Below, one piece after another: positions 12,501-26,400 of a DNA stretch of 64,000 nucleotides. Below the pieces are notes generated by a model. The model was not told where the DNA came from. It was given only the letters and a program-made list of their open reading frames with translations, and did no database searches. Numbering within the stretch: the first letter of the stretch is position 1; each line of letters starts with the position of its first letter. The translations under genes and the position numbers were made by a program. The stretch comes from the human T2T-CHM13v2.0 reference genome, Homo sapiens, in the NCBI RefSeq assembly GCF_009914755.1, contig NC_060929.1; one strand, written 5' to 3'.

Positions 12501-15500
12501 TTGATTTACACAGAGCAGATTTGAAACACTCTTTTTGTGGAATTTGCAAGTGGAGATTTCAAGCGCTTTGAGGCCAAAGGCAGAAAAGGAAATATCTTCG
12601 TATAAAAACTAGACAGAATCATTCTCAGAAACTGCTCTGCGATGTGTGCGTTCAACTCTCAGAGTTTAACTTTTCTTTTCATTCAGCAGTTTGGAAACAC
12701 TCTGTTTGTAAAGTCTGCACGTGGATATTTTGACCACTTAGAGGCCTTCGTTGGAAACGGGTTTTTTTCCTGTAAGGCTAGACAGAAGAATTCCCAGTAA
12801 CTTCCTTGTGTTGTGTACATTCAACTCACAGAGTTGAACGTTCCCTTAGACAGAGCAGATTTGAAACACTCTTTTTGTGCAATTGGCAAGTGGAGATTTC
12901 AAGCGCTTTAAGGTCAATGGCAGAAAAGGAAATATCTTCGTTTCAAAACTAGACAGAATCATTCCCACAAACTGCGTTGTGATGTGTTCGTTCATCTCAC
13001 AGAGTTTAAGCTTTCTTTTCATAGAGCAGTTAGGAAACACTCTGTTTGTAAATTCTGTAAGTGGATATTCTGACATCTTGTGGCCTTCGTTGGAAACGGG
13101 ATTTCTTCATATTCTGCTAGACAGAAGAATTCTCAGAATCTTCCTTGTGTTGTGTGTATTCAACTCACACAGTTGAACGATGGTTTACACAGAGCAGATA
13201 TGAAACACTCTTTTTGTGGAATTTGCAAGTGGAGATTTCAGCCGCTTTGAGGTCAATGGTAGAAAAGGAAATATATTCGTATAAAAACTAGACAGAATGA
13301 TTCTCAGAAACTTCTTTGTGATGTGTGCGTTCAACTCACAGAGTTTAACCTTTCTTTTCATAGAGCAGTTAGGAAACACTCTGTTTGTAAACTCTGCAAG
13401 TGGATATTCAGACCTCTGTGAGGCCTTCGTTGGAAACGGGATTTCTTCATACTGTGCTAGACAGAAGAATTCTCAGTAACTTCCTTGTGTTGTGTGTATT
13501 CAACTCACAGAGTTGAACGATCCTTTACACAGAGCAGACTTGAAACACTCTTTTTGTGGAATTTGCAAGTGGAGATTTCAGCCGCGTTGAGGTCAATGGT
13601 AGAAAAGGAAATATCTTCGTATAAAAACTAGACAGAATGATTCTCAGAAACTCCTTTGAGATGTGTGTGTTCAACTCACAGAGTTTAACCTTTCTTTTCA
13701 TAGAGCAGTTAGGAATCACTCTGTTTGTAAAGTCTGCAAGTGGATATTCAGACCTCTTTGAGGCCTTCGTTGGAAACGGGTTTTTTTCATATAAGGCTAG
13801 ACAGAAGAATTCCCAGTAACTTCCTTGTGTTGTGTGTGTTCAACTCACAGAGTTGAACTTTCATTTACACAGAGCAGATTTGAAACACTCTTTTTGTGGA
13901 ATTTGCAAGTGGAGATTTCAAGCGCTTTGAGGCCAAAGGCAGAAAAGGAAATATCTTCGTATAAAAACTAGACAGAATCATTCTCAGAAACTGCTCTGTG
14001 ATGTGTGCGTTCAACTCTCAGAGTTTAACTTTTCTTTTCATTCAGCAGTTTGGAAACACTCTGTTTGTAAAGTCTGCACGTGGATAATTTGACCACTTAG
14101 AGGCCTTCGTTGGAAACGGGTTTTTTTCATGTAAGGCTAGACAGAAGAGTTCTCAGTAACTTCCTTGTGTTGTGTGTATTCAACTCACACAGTTGAACGA
14201 TCCTTTACACAGAGCAGACTTGTAACACTCTTTTTGTGGAATTTGCAAGTGGAGATTTCAGCCGCTTTGAAGTCAAAGTAGAAAAGGAAATATCTTCCTA
14301 TAAAAACTAGACAGAATGATTCTCAGAAACTCCTTTGTGATGTGTGCGTTCAACTCACAGAGTTTAACCTTTCTTTTCATAGAGCAGTTAGGAAACACTC
14401 TGTTTGTAAAGTCTGCAAGTGGATATTCAGACCTCTTTGAGGCCTTCGTTGGAAACGGGTTTTTTTCATATAAGGCTAGACAGAAGAATTCCCAGTAACT
14501 TCCTTGTGTTGTGTGTGTTCAACTCACAGAGTTGAACTTTCATTTACACAGAGCAGATTTGAAACACTCTTTTTGTGGAATTTGCAGGTGGAGATTTCAA
14601 GCGCTTTGAGGCCAAAGGCAGAAAAGGAAATATCTTCGTATAAAAACTAGACAGAATCATTCTCAGAAACTGCTCTGCAATGTGTGCGTTCAACTCTCAG
14701 AGTTTAACTTTTCTTTTCATTCAGCAGTTTGGAAACACTCTGTTTGTAAAGTCTGCACGTGGATAACTTGACCACTTAGAGGCCTTCGTTGGAAACGGGT
14801 TTTTTTCATGTAAGGCTAGACAGAAGAATTCTCAGTAACTTCCTTGTGTTGTGTGTATTCAACTCACAGAGTTGAACGATCCTTTACACAGAGCAGACTT
14901 GTAACACTCTTTTTGTGGAATTTGCAAGTGGAGATTTCAGCCGCTTTGAAGTCAAAGGTAGAAAAGGAAATATCTTCCTATAAAAACTAGACAGAATGAT
15001 TCTCAGAAACTCCTTTGTGATGTGTGCGTTCAACTCACAGAGTTTAACCTTTCTTTTCATAGAGCAGTTAGGAAACACTCTGCTTGTAAAGTCTGCAAGT
15101 GGATATTCAGCCCTCTTTGAGGCCTTCGTTGGAAACGGGTTTTTTTCATATAAGGCTAGACAGAAGAATTCCCAGTAACTTCCTTGTGTTGTGTGTGTTC
15201 AACTCACAGAGTTGAACTTTCATTTACACAGAGCAGATTTGAAACACTCTTTTTGTGGAATTTGCAAGTGGAGATTTCAAGCGCTTTGAGGCCAAAGGCA
15301 GAAAAGGAAATATCTTCGTATAAAAACTAGACAGAATCATTCTCAGAAACTGCTCTGCGATGTGTGCGTTCAACTCTCAGAGTTTAACTTTTCTTTTCAT
15401 TCAGCAGTTTGGAAACACTCTGTTTGTAAAGTCTGCACGTGGATATTTTGACCACTTAGAGGCCTTCGTTGGAAACGGGTTTTTTTCCTGTAAGGCTAGA

Positions 15501-18500
15501 CAGAAGAATTCCCAGTAACTTCCTTGTGTTGTGTACATTCAACTCACAGAGTTGAACGTTCCCTTAGACAGAGCAGATTTGAAACACTCTTTTTGTGCAA
15601 TTGGCAAGTGGAGATTTCAAGCGCTTTAAGGTCAATGGCAGAAAAGGAAATATCTTCGTTTCAAAACTAGACAGAATCATTCCCACAAACTGCGTTGTGA
15701 TGTGTTCGTTCATCTCACAGAGTTTAACCTTTCTTTTCATAGAGCAGTTAGGAAACACTCTGTTTGTAAATTCTGTAAGTGGATATTCTGACATCTTGTG
15801 GCCTTCGTTGGAAACGGGATTTCTTCATATTCTGCTAGACAGAAGAATTCTCAGAATCTTCCTTGTGTTGTGTGTATTCAACTCACACAGTTGAACGATG
15901 GTTTACACAGAGCAGATTTGAAACACTCTTTTTGTGGAATTTGCAAGTGGAGATTTCAGCCGCTTTGAGGTCAATGGTAGAAAAGGAAATATCTTCGTAT
16001 AAAAACTAGACAGAATGATTCTCAGAAACTTCTTTGTGATGTGTGCGTTCAACTCACAGAGTTTAACCTTTCTTTTCATAGAGCAGTTAGGAAACACTCT
16101 GTTTGTAAACTCTGCAAGTGGATATTCAGACCTCTTTGAGGCCTTCGTTGGAAACGGGATTTCTTCATACTGTGCTAGACAGAAGAATTCTCAGTAACTT
16201 CCTTGTGTTGTGTGTATTCAACTCACAGAGTTGAACGATCCTTTACACAGAGCAGACTTGAAACACTCTTTTTGTGGAATTTGCAAGTGGAGATTTCAGC
16301 CGCGTTGAGGTCAATGGTAGAAAAGGAAATATCTTCGTATAAAAACTAGACAGAATGATTCTCAGAAACTCCTTTGAGATGTGTGTGTTCAACTCACAGA
16401 GTTTAACCTTTCTTTCCATAGAGCAGTTAGGAATCACTGTGTTTGTAAAGTCTGCAGGTGGATATTCAGACCTCTTTGAGGCCTTCGTTGGAAACGGGTT
16501 TTTTTCATATAAGGCTAGAGAGAAGAATTCCCAGTAACTTCCTTGTGTTGTGTGTGTTCAACTCACAGAGTTGAACTTTCATTTACACAGAGCAGATTTG
16601 AAACACTCTTTTTGTGGAATTTGCAAGTGGAGATTTCAAGCGCTGTGAAGCCAAAGGCAGAAAAGGAAATATCTTCGTATAAAAACTAGACAGAATCATT
16701 CTCAGAAACTGCTCTGCGATGTGTGCGTTCAACTCTCAGAGTTTAACTTTTCTTTTCATTCAGCAGTTTGGAAACACTCTGTTTGTAAAGTCTGCACGTG
16801 GATAATTTGACCACTTAGAGGCCTTCGTTGGAAACGGGTTTTTTTCATGTAAGGCTAGACAGAAGAATTCTCAGTAACTTCCTTGTGTTGTGTGTATTCA
16901 ACTCACACGGTTGAACGATCCTTTACACAGAGCAGACTTGTAACACTCTTTTTGTGGAATTTGCAAGTGGAGATTTCAGCCGCTTTGAAGTCAAATGTAG
17001 AAAAGGAAATATCTTCCTATAAAAACTAGACAGAATGATTCTCAGAAACTCCTTTGTGATGTGTGCGTTCAACTCACAGAGTTTAACCTTTCTTTTCATA
17101 GAGCAGTTAGGAAACACTCTGTTTGTAAAGTCTGCAAGTGGATATTCAGACCTCTTGAGGCCTTCATTGGAAACGGGTTTTTGTCATATAAGGCTAGACA
17201 GAAGAATTCCCAGTAACTTCCTTGTGTTGTGTGTGTTCAACTCACAGAGTTGAACTTTCATTTACACAGAGCAGATTTGAAACACTCTTTTTGTGGAATT
17301 TGCAAGTGGAGATTTCAAGCGCTTTGAGGCCAAAGGCAGAAAAGGAAATATCTTCGTATAAAAACTAGACAGAATCATTCTCAGAAACTGCTCTGTGATG
17401 TGTGCGTTCAACTCTCAGAGTTTAACTTTTCTTTTCATTCAGCAGTTTGGAAACACTCTGTTTGTAAAGTCTGCACGTGGATAATTTGACCACTTAGAGG
17501 CCTTCGTTGGAAACGGGTTTTTTTCATGTAAGGCTAGACAGAAGAGTTCTCAGTAACTTCCTTGTGTTGTGTGTATTCAACTCACACAGTTGAACGATCC
17601 TTTACACAGAGCAGACTTGTAACACTCTTTTTGTGGAATTTGCAAGTGGAGATTTCAGCCGCTTGGAAGTCAAAGTAGAAAAGGAAATATCTTCCTATAA
17701 AAACTAGACAGAATGATTCTCAGAAACTCCTTTGTGATGTGTGCGTTCAACTCACAGAGTTTAACCTTTCTTTTCATAGAGCAGTTAGGAAACACTCTGT
17801 TTGTAAAGTCTGCAAGTGGATATTCAGACCTCTTTGAGGCCTTCGTTGGAAACGGGTTTTTTTCATATAAGGCTAGACAGAAGAATTCCCAGTAACTTCC
17901 TTGTGTTGTGTGTGTTCAACTCACAGAGTTGAACTTTCATTTACACAGAGCAGATTTGAAACACTCTTTTTGTGGAATTTGCAGGTGGAGATTTCAAGCG
18001 CTTTGAGGCCAAAGGCAGAAAAGGAAATATCTTCGTATAAAAACTAGACAGAATCATTCTCAGAAACTGCTCTGCGATGTGTGCGTTCAACTCTCAGAGT
18101 TTAACTTTGCTTTTCATTCAGCAGTTTGGAAACACTCTGTTTGTAAAGTCTGCACGTGGATAATTTGACCACTTAGAGGCCTTCGTTGGAAACGGGTTTT
18201 TTTCATGTAAGGCTAGACAGAAGAATTCTCAGTAACTTCCTTGTGTTGTGTGTATTCAACTCACAGAGTTGAACGTTCCCTTAGACAGAGCAGATTTGAA
18301 ACACTCTTTTTGTGCAATTGGCAAGTGGAGATTTCAAGCGCTTTAAGGTCAATGGCAGAAAAGGAAATATCTTCGTTTCAAAACTAGACAGAATCATTCC
18401 CACAAACTGCGTTGTGATGTGTTCGTTCATCTCACAGAGTTTAACCTTTCTTTTCATAGAGCAGTTAGGAAACACTCTGTTTGTAAATTCTGTAAGTGGA

Positions 18501-20430
18501 TATTCTGACATCTTGTGGCCTTCGTTGGAAACGGGATTTCTTCATATTCTGCTAGACAGAAGAATTCTCAGAATCTTCCTTGTGTTGTGTGTATTCAACT
18601 CACACAGTTGAACGATGGTTTACACAGAGCAGATTTGAAACACTCTTTTTGTGGAATTTGCAAGTGGAGATTTCAGCCGCTTTGAGGTCAATGGTAGAAA
18701 AGGAAATATCTTCGTATAAAAACTAGACAGAATGATTCTCAGAAACTTCTTTGTGATGTGTGCGTTCAACTCACAGAGTTTAACCTTTCTTTTCATAGAG
18801 CAGTTAGGAAACACTCTGTTTGTAAACTCTGCAAGTGGATATTCAGACCTCTTTGAGGCCTTCGTTGGAAACGGGATTTCTTCATACTGTGCTAGACAGA
18901 AGAATTCTCAGTAACTTCCTTGTGTTGTGTGTATTCAACTCACAGAGTTGAACGATCCTTTACACAGAGCAGACTTGAAACACTCTTTTTGTGGAATTTG
19001 CAAGTGGCGATTTCAGCCGCGTTGAGGTCAATGGTAGAAAAGGAAATATCTTCGTATAAAAACTAGACAGAATGATTCTCAGAAACTCCTTTGAGATGTG
19101 TGTGTTCAACTCACAGAGTTTAACCTTTCTTTTCATAGAGCAGTTAGGAATCACTCTGTTTGTAAAGTCTGCAAGTGGATATTCAGACCTCTTTGAGGCC
19201 TTCGTTGGAAACGGGTTTTTTTCATATAAGGCTAGACAGAAGAATTCCCAGTAACTTCCTTGTGTTGTGTGTGTTCAACTCACAGAGTTGAACTTTCATT
19301 TACACAGAGCAGATTTGAAACACTCTTTTTGTGGAATTTGCAAGTGGAGATTTCAAGCGCTTTGAGGCCAAAGGCAGAAAAGGAAATATCTTCGTATAAA
19401 AACTAGACAGAATCATTCTCAGAAACTGCTCTGTGATGTGTGCGTTCAACTCTCAGAGTTTAACTTTTCTTTTCATTCAGCAGTTTGGAAACACTCTGTT
19501 TGTAAAGTCTGCACGTGGATAATTTGACCACTTAGAGGCCTTCATTGGAAACGGGTTTTTTTCATGTAAGGCTAGACAGAAGAGTTCTCAGTAACTTCCT
19601 TGTGTTGTGTGTATTCAACTCACACAGTTGAACGATCCTTTACACAGAGCAGACTTGTAACACTCTTTTTGTGGAATTTGCAAGTGGAGATTTCAGCCGC
19701 TTTGAAGTCAAAGTAGAAAAGGAAATATCTTCCTATAAAAACTACACAGAATGATTCTCAGAAACTCCTTTGTGATGTGTGCGTTCAACTCACAGAGTTT
19801 AACCTTTCTTTTCATAGAGCAGTTAGGAAACACTCTGTTTGTAAAGTCTGCAAGTGGATATTCAGACCTCTTTGAGGCCTTCGTTGGAAACGGGTTTTTT
19901 TCATATAAGGCTAGACAGAAGAATTCCCAGTAACTTCCTTGTGTTGTGTGTGTTCAACTCACAGAGTTGAACTTTCATTTACACAGAGCAGATTTGAAAC
20001 ACTCTTTTTGTGGAATTTGCAGGTGGAGATTTCAAGCGCTTTGAGGCCAAAGGCAGAAAAGGAAATATCTTCGTATAAAAACTAGACAGAATCATTCTCA
20101 GAAACTGCTCTGCGATGTGTGCGTTCAACTCTCAGAGTTTAACTTTTCTTTTCATTCAGCAGTTTGGAAACACTCTGTTTGTAAAGTCTGCACGTGGATA
20201 ATTTGACCACTTAGAGGCCTTCGTTGGAAACGGGTTTTTTTCATGTAAGGCTAGACAGAAGAATTCTCAGTAACTTCCTTGTGTTGTGTGTATTCAACTC
20301 ACAGAGTTGAACGATCCTTTACACAGAGCAGACTTGTAACACTCTTTTTGTGGAATTTGCAAGTGGAGATTTCAGCCGCTTTGAAGTCAAAGGTAGAAAA
20401 GGAAATATCTTCCTATAAAAACTAGACAGA

Positions 20431-23400
20431 ATGATTCTCAGAAACTCCTTTGTGATGTGTGCGTTCAACTCACAGAGTTTAACCTTTCTTTTCATAGAGC
20501 AGTTAGGAAACACTCTGCTTGTAAAGTCTACAAGTGGATATTCAGCCCTCTTTGAGGCCTTCGTTGGAAACGGGTTTTTTTCATATAAGGCTAGACAGAA
20601 GAATTCCCAGTAACTTCCTTGTGTTGTGTGTGTTCAACTCACAGAGTTGAACTTTGATTTACACAGAGCAGATTTGAAACACTCTTTTTGTGGAATTTGC
20701 AAGTGGAGATTTCAAGCGCTTTGAGGCCAAAGGCAGAAAAGGAAATATCTTCGTATAAAAACTAGACAGAATCATTCTCAGAAACTGCTCTGCGATGTGT
20801 GCGTTCAACTCTCAGAGTTTAACTTTTCTTTTCATTCAGCAGTTTGGAAACACTCTGTTTGTAAAGTCTGCACGTGGATATTTTGACCACTTAGAGGCCT
20901 TCGTTGGAAACGGGTTTTTTTCCTGTAAGGCTAGACAGAAGAATTCCCAGTAACTTCCTTGTGTTGTGTACATTCAACTCACAGAGTTGAACGTTCCCTT
21001 AGACAGAGCAGATTTGAAACACTCTTTTTGTGCAATTGGCAAGTGGAGATTTCAAGCGCTTTAAGGTCAATGGCAGAAAAGGAAATATCTTCGTTTCAAA
21101 ACTAGACAGAATCATTCCCACAAACTGCGTTGTGATGTGTTCGTTCATCTCACAGAGTTTAACCTTTCTTTTCATAGAGCAGTTAGGAAACACTCTGTTT
21201 GTAAATTCTGTAAGTGGATATTCTGACATCTTGTGGCCTTCGTTGGAAACGGGATTTCTTCATATTCTGCTAGACAGAAGAATTCTCAGAATCTTCCTTG
21301 TGTTGTGTGTATTCAACTCACACAGTTGAACGATGGTTTACACAGAGCAGATTTGAAACACTCTTTTTGTGGAATTTGCAAGTGGAGATTTCAGCCGCTT
21401 TGAGGTCAATGGTAGAAAAGGAAATATCTTCGTATAAAAACTAGACAGAATGATTCTCAGAAACTTCTTTGTGATGTGTGCGTTCAACTCACAGAGTTTA
21501 ACCTTTCTTTTCATAGAGCAGTTAGGAAACACTCTGTTTGTAAACTCTGCAAGTGGATATTCAGACCTCTTTGAGGCCTTCGTTGGAAACGGGATTTCTT
21601 CATACTGTGCTAGACAGAAGAATTCTCAGTAACTTCCTTGTGTTGTGTGTATTCAACTCACAGAGTTGAACGATCCTTTACACAGAGCAGACTTGAAACA
21701 CTCTTTTTGTGGAATTTGCAAGTGGAGATTTCAGCCGCGTTGAGGTCAATGGTAGAAAAGGAAATATCTTCGTATAAAAACTAGACAGAATGATTCTCAG
21801 AAACTCCTTTGAGATGTGTGTGTTCAACTCACAGAGTTTAACCTTTCTTTTCATAGAGCAGTTAGGAATCACTCTGTTTGTAAAGTCTGCAAGTGGATAT
21901 TCAGACCTCTTTGAGGCCTTCGTTGGAAACGGGTTTTTTCATATAAGGCTAGACAGAAGAATTCCCAGTAACTTCCTTGTGTTGTGTGTGTTCAACTCAC
22001 AGAGTTGAACTTTCATTTACACAGAGCAGATTTGAAACACTCTTTTTGTGGAATTTGCAAATGGAGATTTCAAGCGCTTTGAGGCCAAAGGCAGAAAAGG
22101 AAATATCTTCGTATAAAAACTAGACAGAATCATTCTCAGAAACTGCTCTGCGATGTGTGCGTTCAACTCTCAGAGTTTAACTTTTCTTTTCATTCAGCAG
22201 TTTGGAAACACTCTGTTTGTAAAGTCTGCACGTGGATATTTTGACCACTTAGAGGCCTTCGTTGGAAACGGGTTTTTTTCCTGTAAGGCTAGACAGAAGA
22301 ATTCCCAGTAACTTCCTTGTGTTGTGTACATTCAACTCACAGAGTTGAACGTTCCCTTAGACAGAGCAGATTTGAAACACTCTTTTTGTGCAATTGGCAA
22401 GTGGAGATTTCAAGCGCTTTAAGGTCAATGGCAGAAAAGGAAATATCTTCGTTTCAAAACTAGACAGAATCATTCCCACAAACTGCGTTGTGATGTGTTC
22501 GTTCATCTCACAGAGTTTAACCTTTCTTTTCATAGAGCAGTTAGGAAACACTCTGTTTGTAAATTCTGTAAGTGGATATTCTGACATCTTGTGGCCTTCG
22601 TTGGAAACGGGATTTCTTCATATTCTGCTAGACAGAAGAATTCTCAGAATCTTCCTTGTGTTGTGTGTATTCAACTCACACAGTTGAACGATGGTTTACA
22701 CAGAGCAGATTTGAAACACTCTTTTTGTGGAATTTGCAAGTGGAGATTTCAGCCGCTTTGAGGTCAATGGTAGAAAAGGAAATATCTTCGTATAAAAACT
22801 AGACAGAATGATTCTCAGAAACTTCTTTGTGATGTGTGCGTTCAACTCACAGAGTTTAACCTTTCTTTTCATAGAGCAGTTAGGAAACACTCTGTTTGTA
22901 AACTCTGCAAGTAGATATTCAGACCTCTTTGAGGCCTTCGTTGGAAACGGGATTTCTTCATACTGTGCTAGACAGAAGAATTCTCAGTAACTTCCTTGTG
23001 TTGTGTGTATTCAACTCACAGAGTTGAACGATCCTTTACACAGAGCAGACTTGAAACACTCTTTTTGTGGAATTTGCAAGTGGAGATTTCAGCCGCGTTG
23101 AGGTCAATGGTAGAAAAGGAAATATCTTCGTATAAAAACTAGACAGAATGATTCTCAGAAACTCCTTTGAGATGTGTGTGTTCAACTCACAGAGTTTAAC
23201 CTTTCTTTTCATAGAGCAGTTAGGAATCACTCTGTTTGTAAAGTCTGCAAGTGGATATTCAGACCTCTTTGAGGCCTTCGTTGGAAACGGGTTTTTTTCA
23301 TATAAGGCTAGACAGAAGAATTCCCAGTAACTTCCTTGTGTTGTGTGTGTTCAACTCACAGAGTTGAACTTTCATTTACACAGAGCAGATTTGAAACACT

Positions 23401-26400
23401 CTTTTTGTGGAATTTGCAAATGGAGATTTCAAGCGCTTTGAGGCCAAAGGCAGAAAAGGAAATATCTTCGTATAAAAACTAGACAGAATCATTCTCAGAA
23501 ACTGCTCTGCGATGTGTGCGTTCAACTCTCAGAGTTTAACTTTTCTTTTCATTCAGCAGTTTGGAAACACTCTGTTTGTAAAGTCTGCACGTGGATAATT
23601 TGACCACTTAGAGGCCTTCGTTGGAAACGGGTTTTTTTCATGTAAGGCTAGACAGAAGAATTCTCAGTAACTTCCTTGTGTTGTGTGTATTCAACTCACA
23701 GAGTTGAACGATCCTTTACACAGAGCAGACTTGTAACACTCTTTTTGTGGAATTTGCAAGTGGAGATTTCAGCCGCTTTGAAGTCAAAGGTAGAAAAGGA
23801 AATATCTTCCTATAAAAACTAGACAGAATGATTCTCAGAAACTCCTTTGTGATGTGTGCGTTCAACTCACAGAGTTTAACCTTTCTTTTCATAGAGCAGT
23901 TAGGAAACACTCTGCTTGTAAAGTCTGCAAGTGGATATTCAGCCCTCTTTGAGGCCTTCGTTGGAAACGGGTTTTTTCCATATAAGGCTAGACAGAAGAA
24001 TTCCCAGTAACTTCCTTGTGTTGTGTGTGTTCAACTCACAGAGTTGAACTTTCATTTACACAGAGCAGATTTCAAACACTCTTTTTGTGGAATTTGCAAG
24101 TGGAGATTTCAAGCGCTTTGAGGCCAAAGGCAGAAAAGGAAATATCTTCGTATAAAAACTAGACAGAATCATTCTCAGAAACTGCTCTGCGATGTGTGCG
24201 TTCAACTCTCAGAGTTTAACTTTTCTTTTCATTCAGCAGTTTGGAAACACTCTGTTTGTAAAGTCTGCACGTGGATAATTTGACCACTTAGAGGCCTTCG
24301 TTGGAAACGGGTTTTTTTCATGTAAGGCTAGACAGAAGAATTCTCAGTAACTTCCTTGTGTTGTGTGTATTCAACTCACACAGTTGAACGATCCTTTACA
24401 CAGAGCAGACTTGTAACACTCTTTTTGTGGAATTTGCAAGTGGAGATTTCAGCCGCTTTGAAGTCAAAGGTAGAAAAGGAAATATCTTCCTATAAAAACT
24501 AGACAGAAAGATTCTCAGAAACTCCTTTGTGATGTGTGCGTTCAACTCACAGAGTTTAACCTTTCTTTTCATAGAGCAGTTAGGAAACACTCTGTTTGTA
24601 AAGTCTGCAAGTGGATATTCAGACCTCTTTGAGGCCTTCGTTGGAAACGGGATTTCTTCATACTGTGCTAGACAGAAGAATTCTCAGTAACTTCCTTGTG
24701 TTGTGTGTATTCAACTCACAGAGTTGAACGATCCTTTACACAGAGCAGACTTGAAACACTCTTTTTGTGGAATTTGCAAGTGGAGATTTCAGCCGCGTTG
24801 AGGTCAATGGTAGAAAAGGAAATATCTTCGTATAAAAACTAGACAGAATGATTCTCAGAAACTCCTTTGAGATGTGTGTGTTCAACTCACAGAGTTTAAC
24901 CTTTCTTTTCATAGAGCAGTTAGGAATCACTCTGTTTGTAAAGTCTGCAAGTGGATATTCAGACCTCTTTGAGGCCTTCGTTGGAAACGGGTTTTTTTCA
25001 TATAAGGCTAGACAGAAGAATTCCCAGTAACTTCCTTGTGTTGTGTGTGTTCAACTCACAGAGTTGAACTTTCATTTACACAGAGCAGATTTGAAACACT
25101 CTTTTTGTGGAATTTGCAAATGGAGATTTCAAGCGCTTTGAGGCCAAAGGCAGAAAAGGAAATATCTTCGTATAAAAACTAGACAGAATCATTCTCAGAA
25201 ACTGCTCTGCGATGTGTGCGTTCAACTCTCAGAGTTTAACTTTTCTTTTCATTCAGCAGTTTGGAAACACTCTGTTTGTAAAGTCTGCACGTGGATAATT
25301 TGACCACTTAGAGGCCTTCGTTGGAAACGGGTTTTTTTCATGTAAGGCTAGACAGAAGAATTCTCAGTAACTTCCTTGTGTTGTGTGTATTCAACTCACA
25401 GAGTTGAACGATCCTTTACACAGAGCAGACTTGTAACACTCTTTTTGTGGAATTTGCAAGTGGAGATTTCAGCCGCTTTGAAGTCAAAGGTAGAAAAGGA
25501 AATATCTTCCTATAAAAACTAGACAGAATGATTCTCAGAAACTCCTTTGTGATGTGTCCGTTCAACTCACAGAGTTTCACCTTTCTTTTCATAGAGCAGT
25601 TAGGAAACACTCTGCTTGTAAAGTCTGCAAGTGGATATTCAGCCCTCTTTGAGGCCTTCGTTGGAAACGGGTTTTTTTCATATAAGGCTAGACAGAAGAA
25701 TTCCCAGTAACTTCCTTGTGTTGTGTGTGTTCAACTCACAGAGTTGAACTTTCATTTACACAGAGCAGATTTCAAACACTCTTTTTGTGGAATTTGCAAG
25801 TGGAGATTTCAAGCGCTTTGAGGCCAAAGGCAGAAAAGGAAATATCTTCGTATAAAAACTAGACAGAATCATTCTCAGAAACTGCTCTGCGATGTGTGCG
25901 TTCAACTCTCAGAGTTTAACTTTTCTTTTCATTCAGCAGTTTGGAAACACTCTGTTTGTAAAGTCTGCACGTGGATAATTTGACCACTTAGAGGCCTTCG
26001 TTGGAAACGGGTTTTTTTCATGTAAGGCTAGACAGAAGAATTCTCAGTAACTTCCTTGTGTTGTGTGTATTCAACTCACACAGTTGAACGATCCTTTACA
26101 CAGAGCAGACTTGTAACACTCTTTTTGTGGAATTTGCAAGTGGAGATTTCAGCCGCTTTGAAGTCAAAGGTAGAAAAGGAAATATCTTCCTATAAAAACT
26201 AGACAGAAAGATTCTCAGAAACTCCTTTGTGATGTGTGCGTTCAACTCACAGAGTTTAACCTTTCTTTTCATAGAGCAGTTAGGAAACACTCTGTTTGTA
26301 AAGTCTGCAAGTGGATATTCAGACCTCTTTGAGGCCTTCGTTGGAAACGGGTTTTTTTCATATAAGGCTAGACAGAAGAATTCCCAGTAACTTCCTTGTG

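Larger units (their letters stand above)
1..17200 (+). repeat. Super-repeat A: 10,872 bp period (64 monomers); 1-~6300 is repeated at 10873-~17200
   Basis: Private variants recur at a 10,872 offset: ctcgttttg 301/11173, aaaattag ~1393/12265, cagatatg ~2323/13195, ctctgtgagg ~2542/13414, ctgcaatg ~3803/14675, ataacttg 3891/14763, tttccata 5541/16413, ctgtgaagcc 5771/16643, cacacggtt ~6032/16904. Confidence 0.92.
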
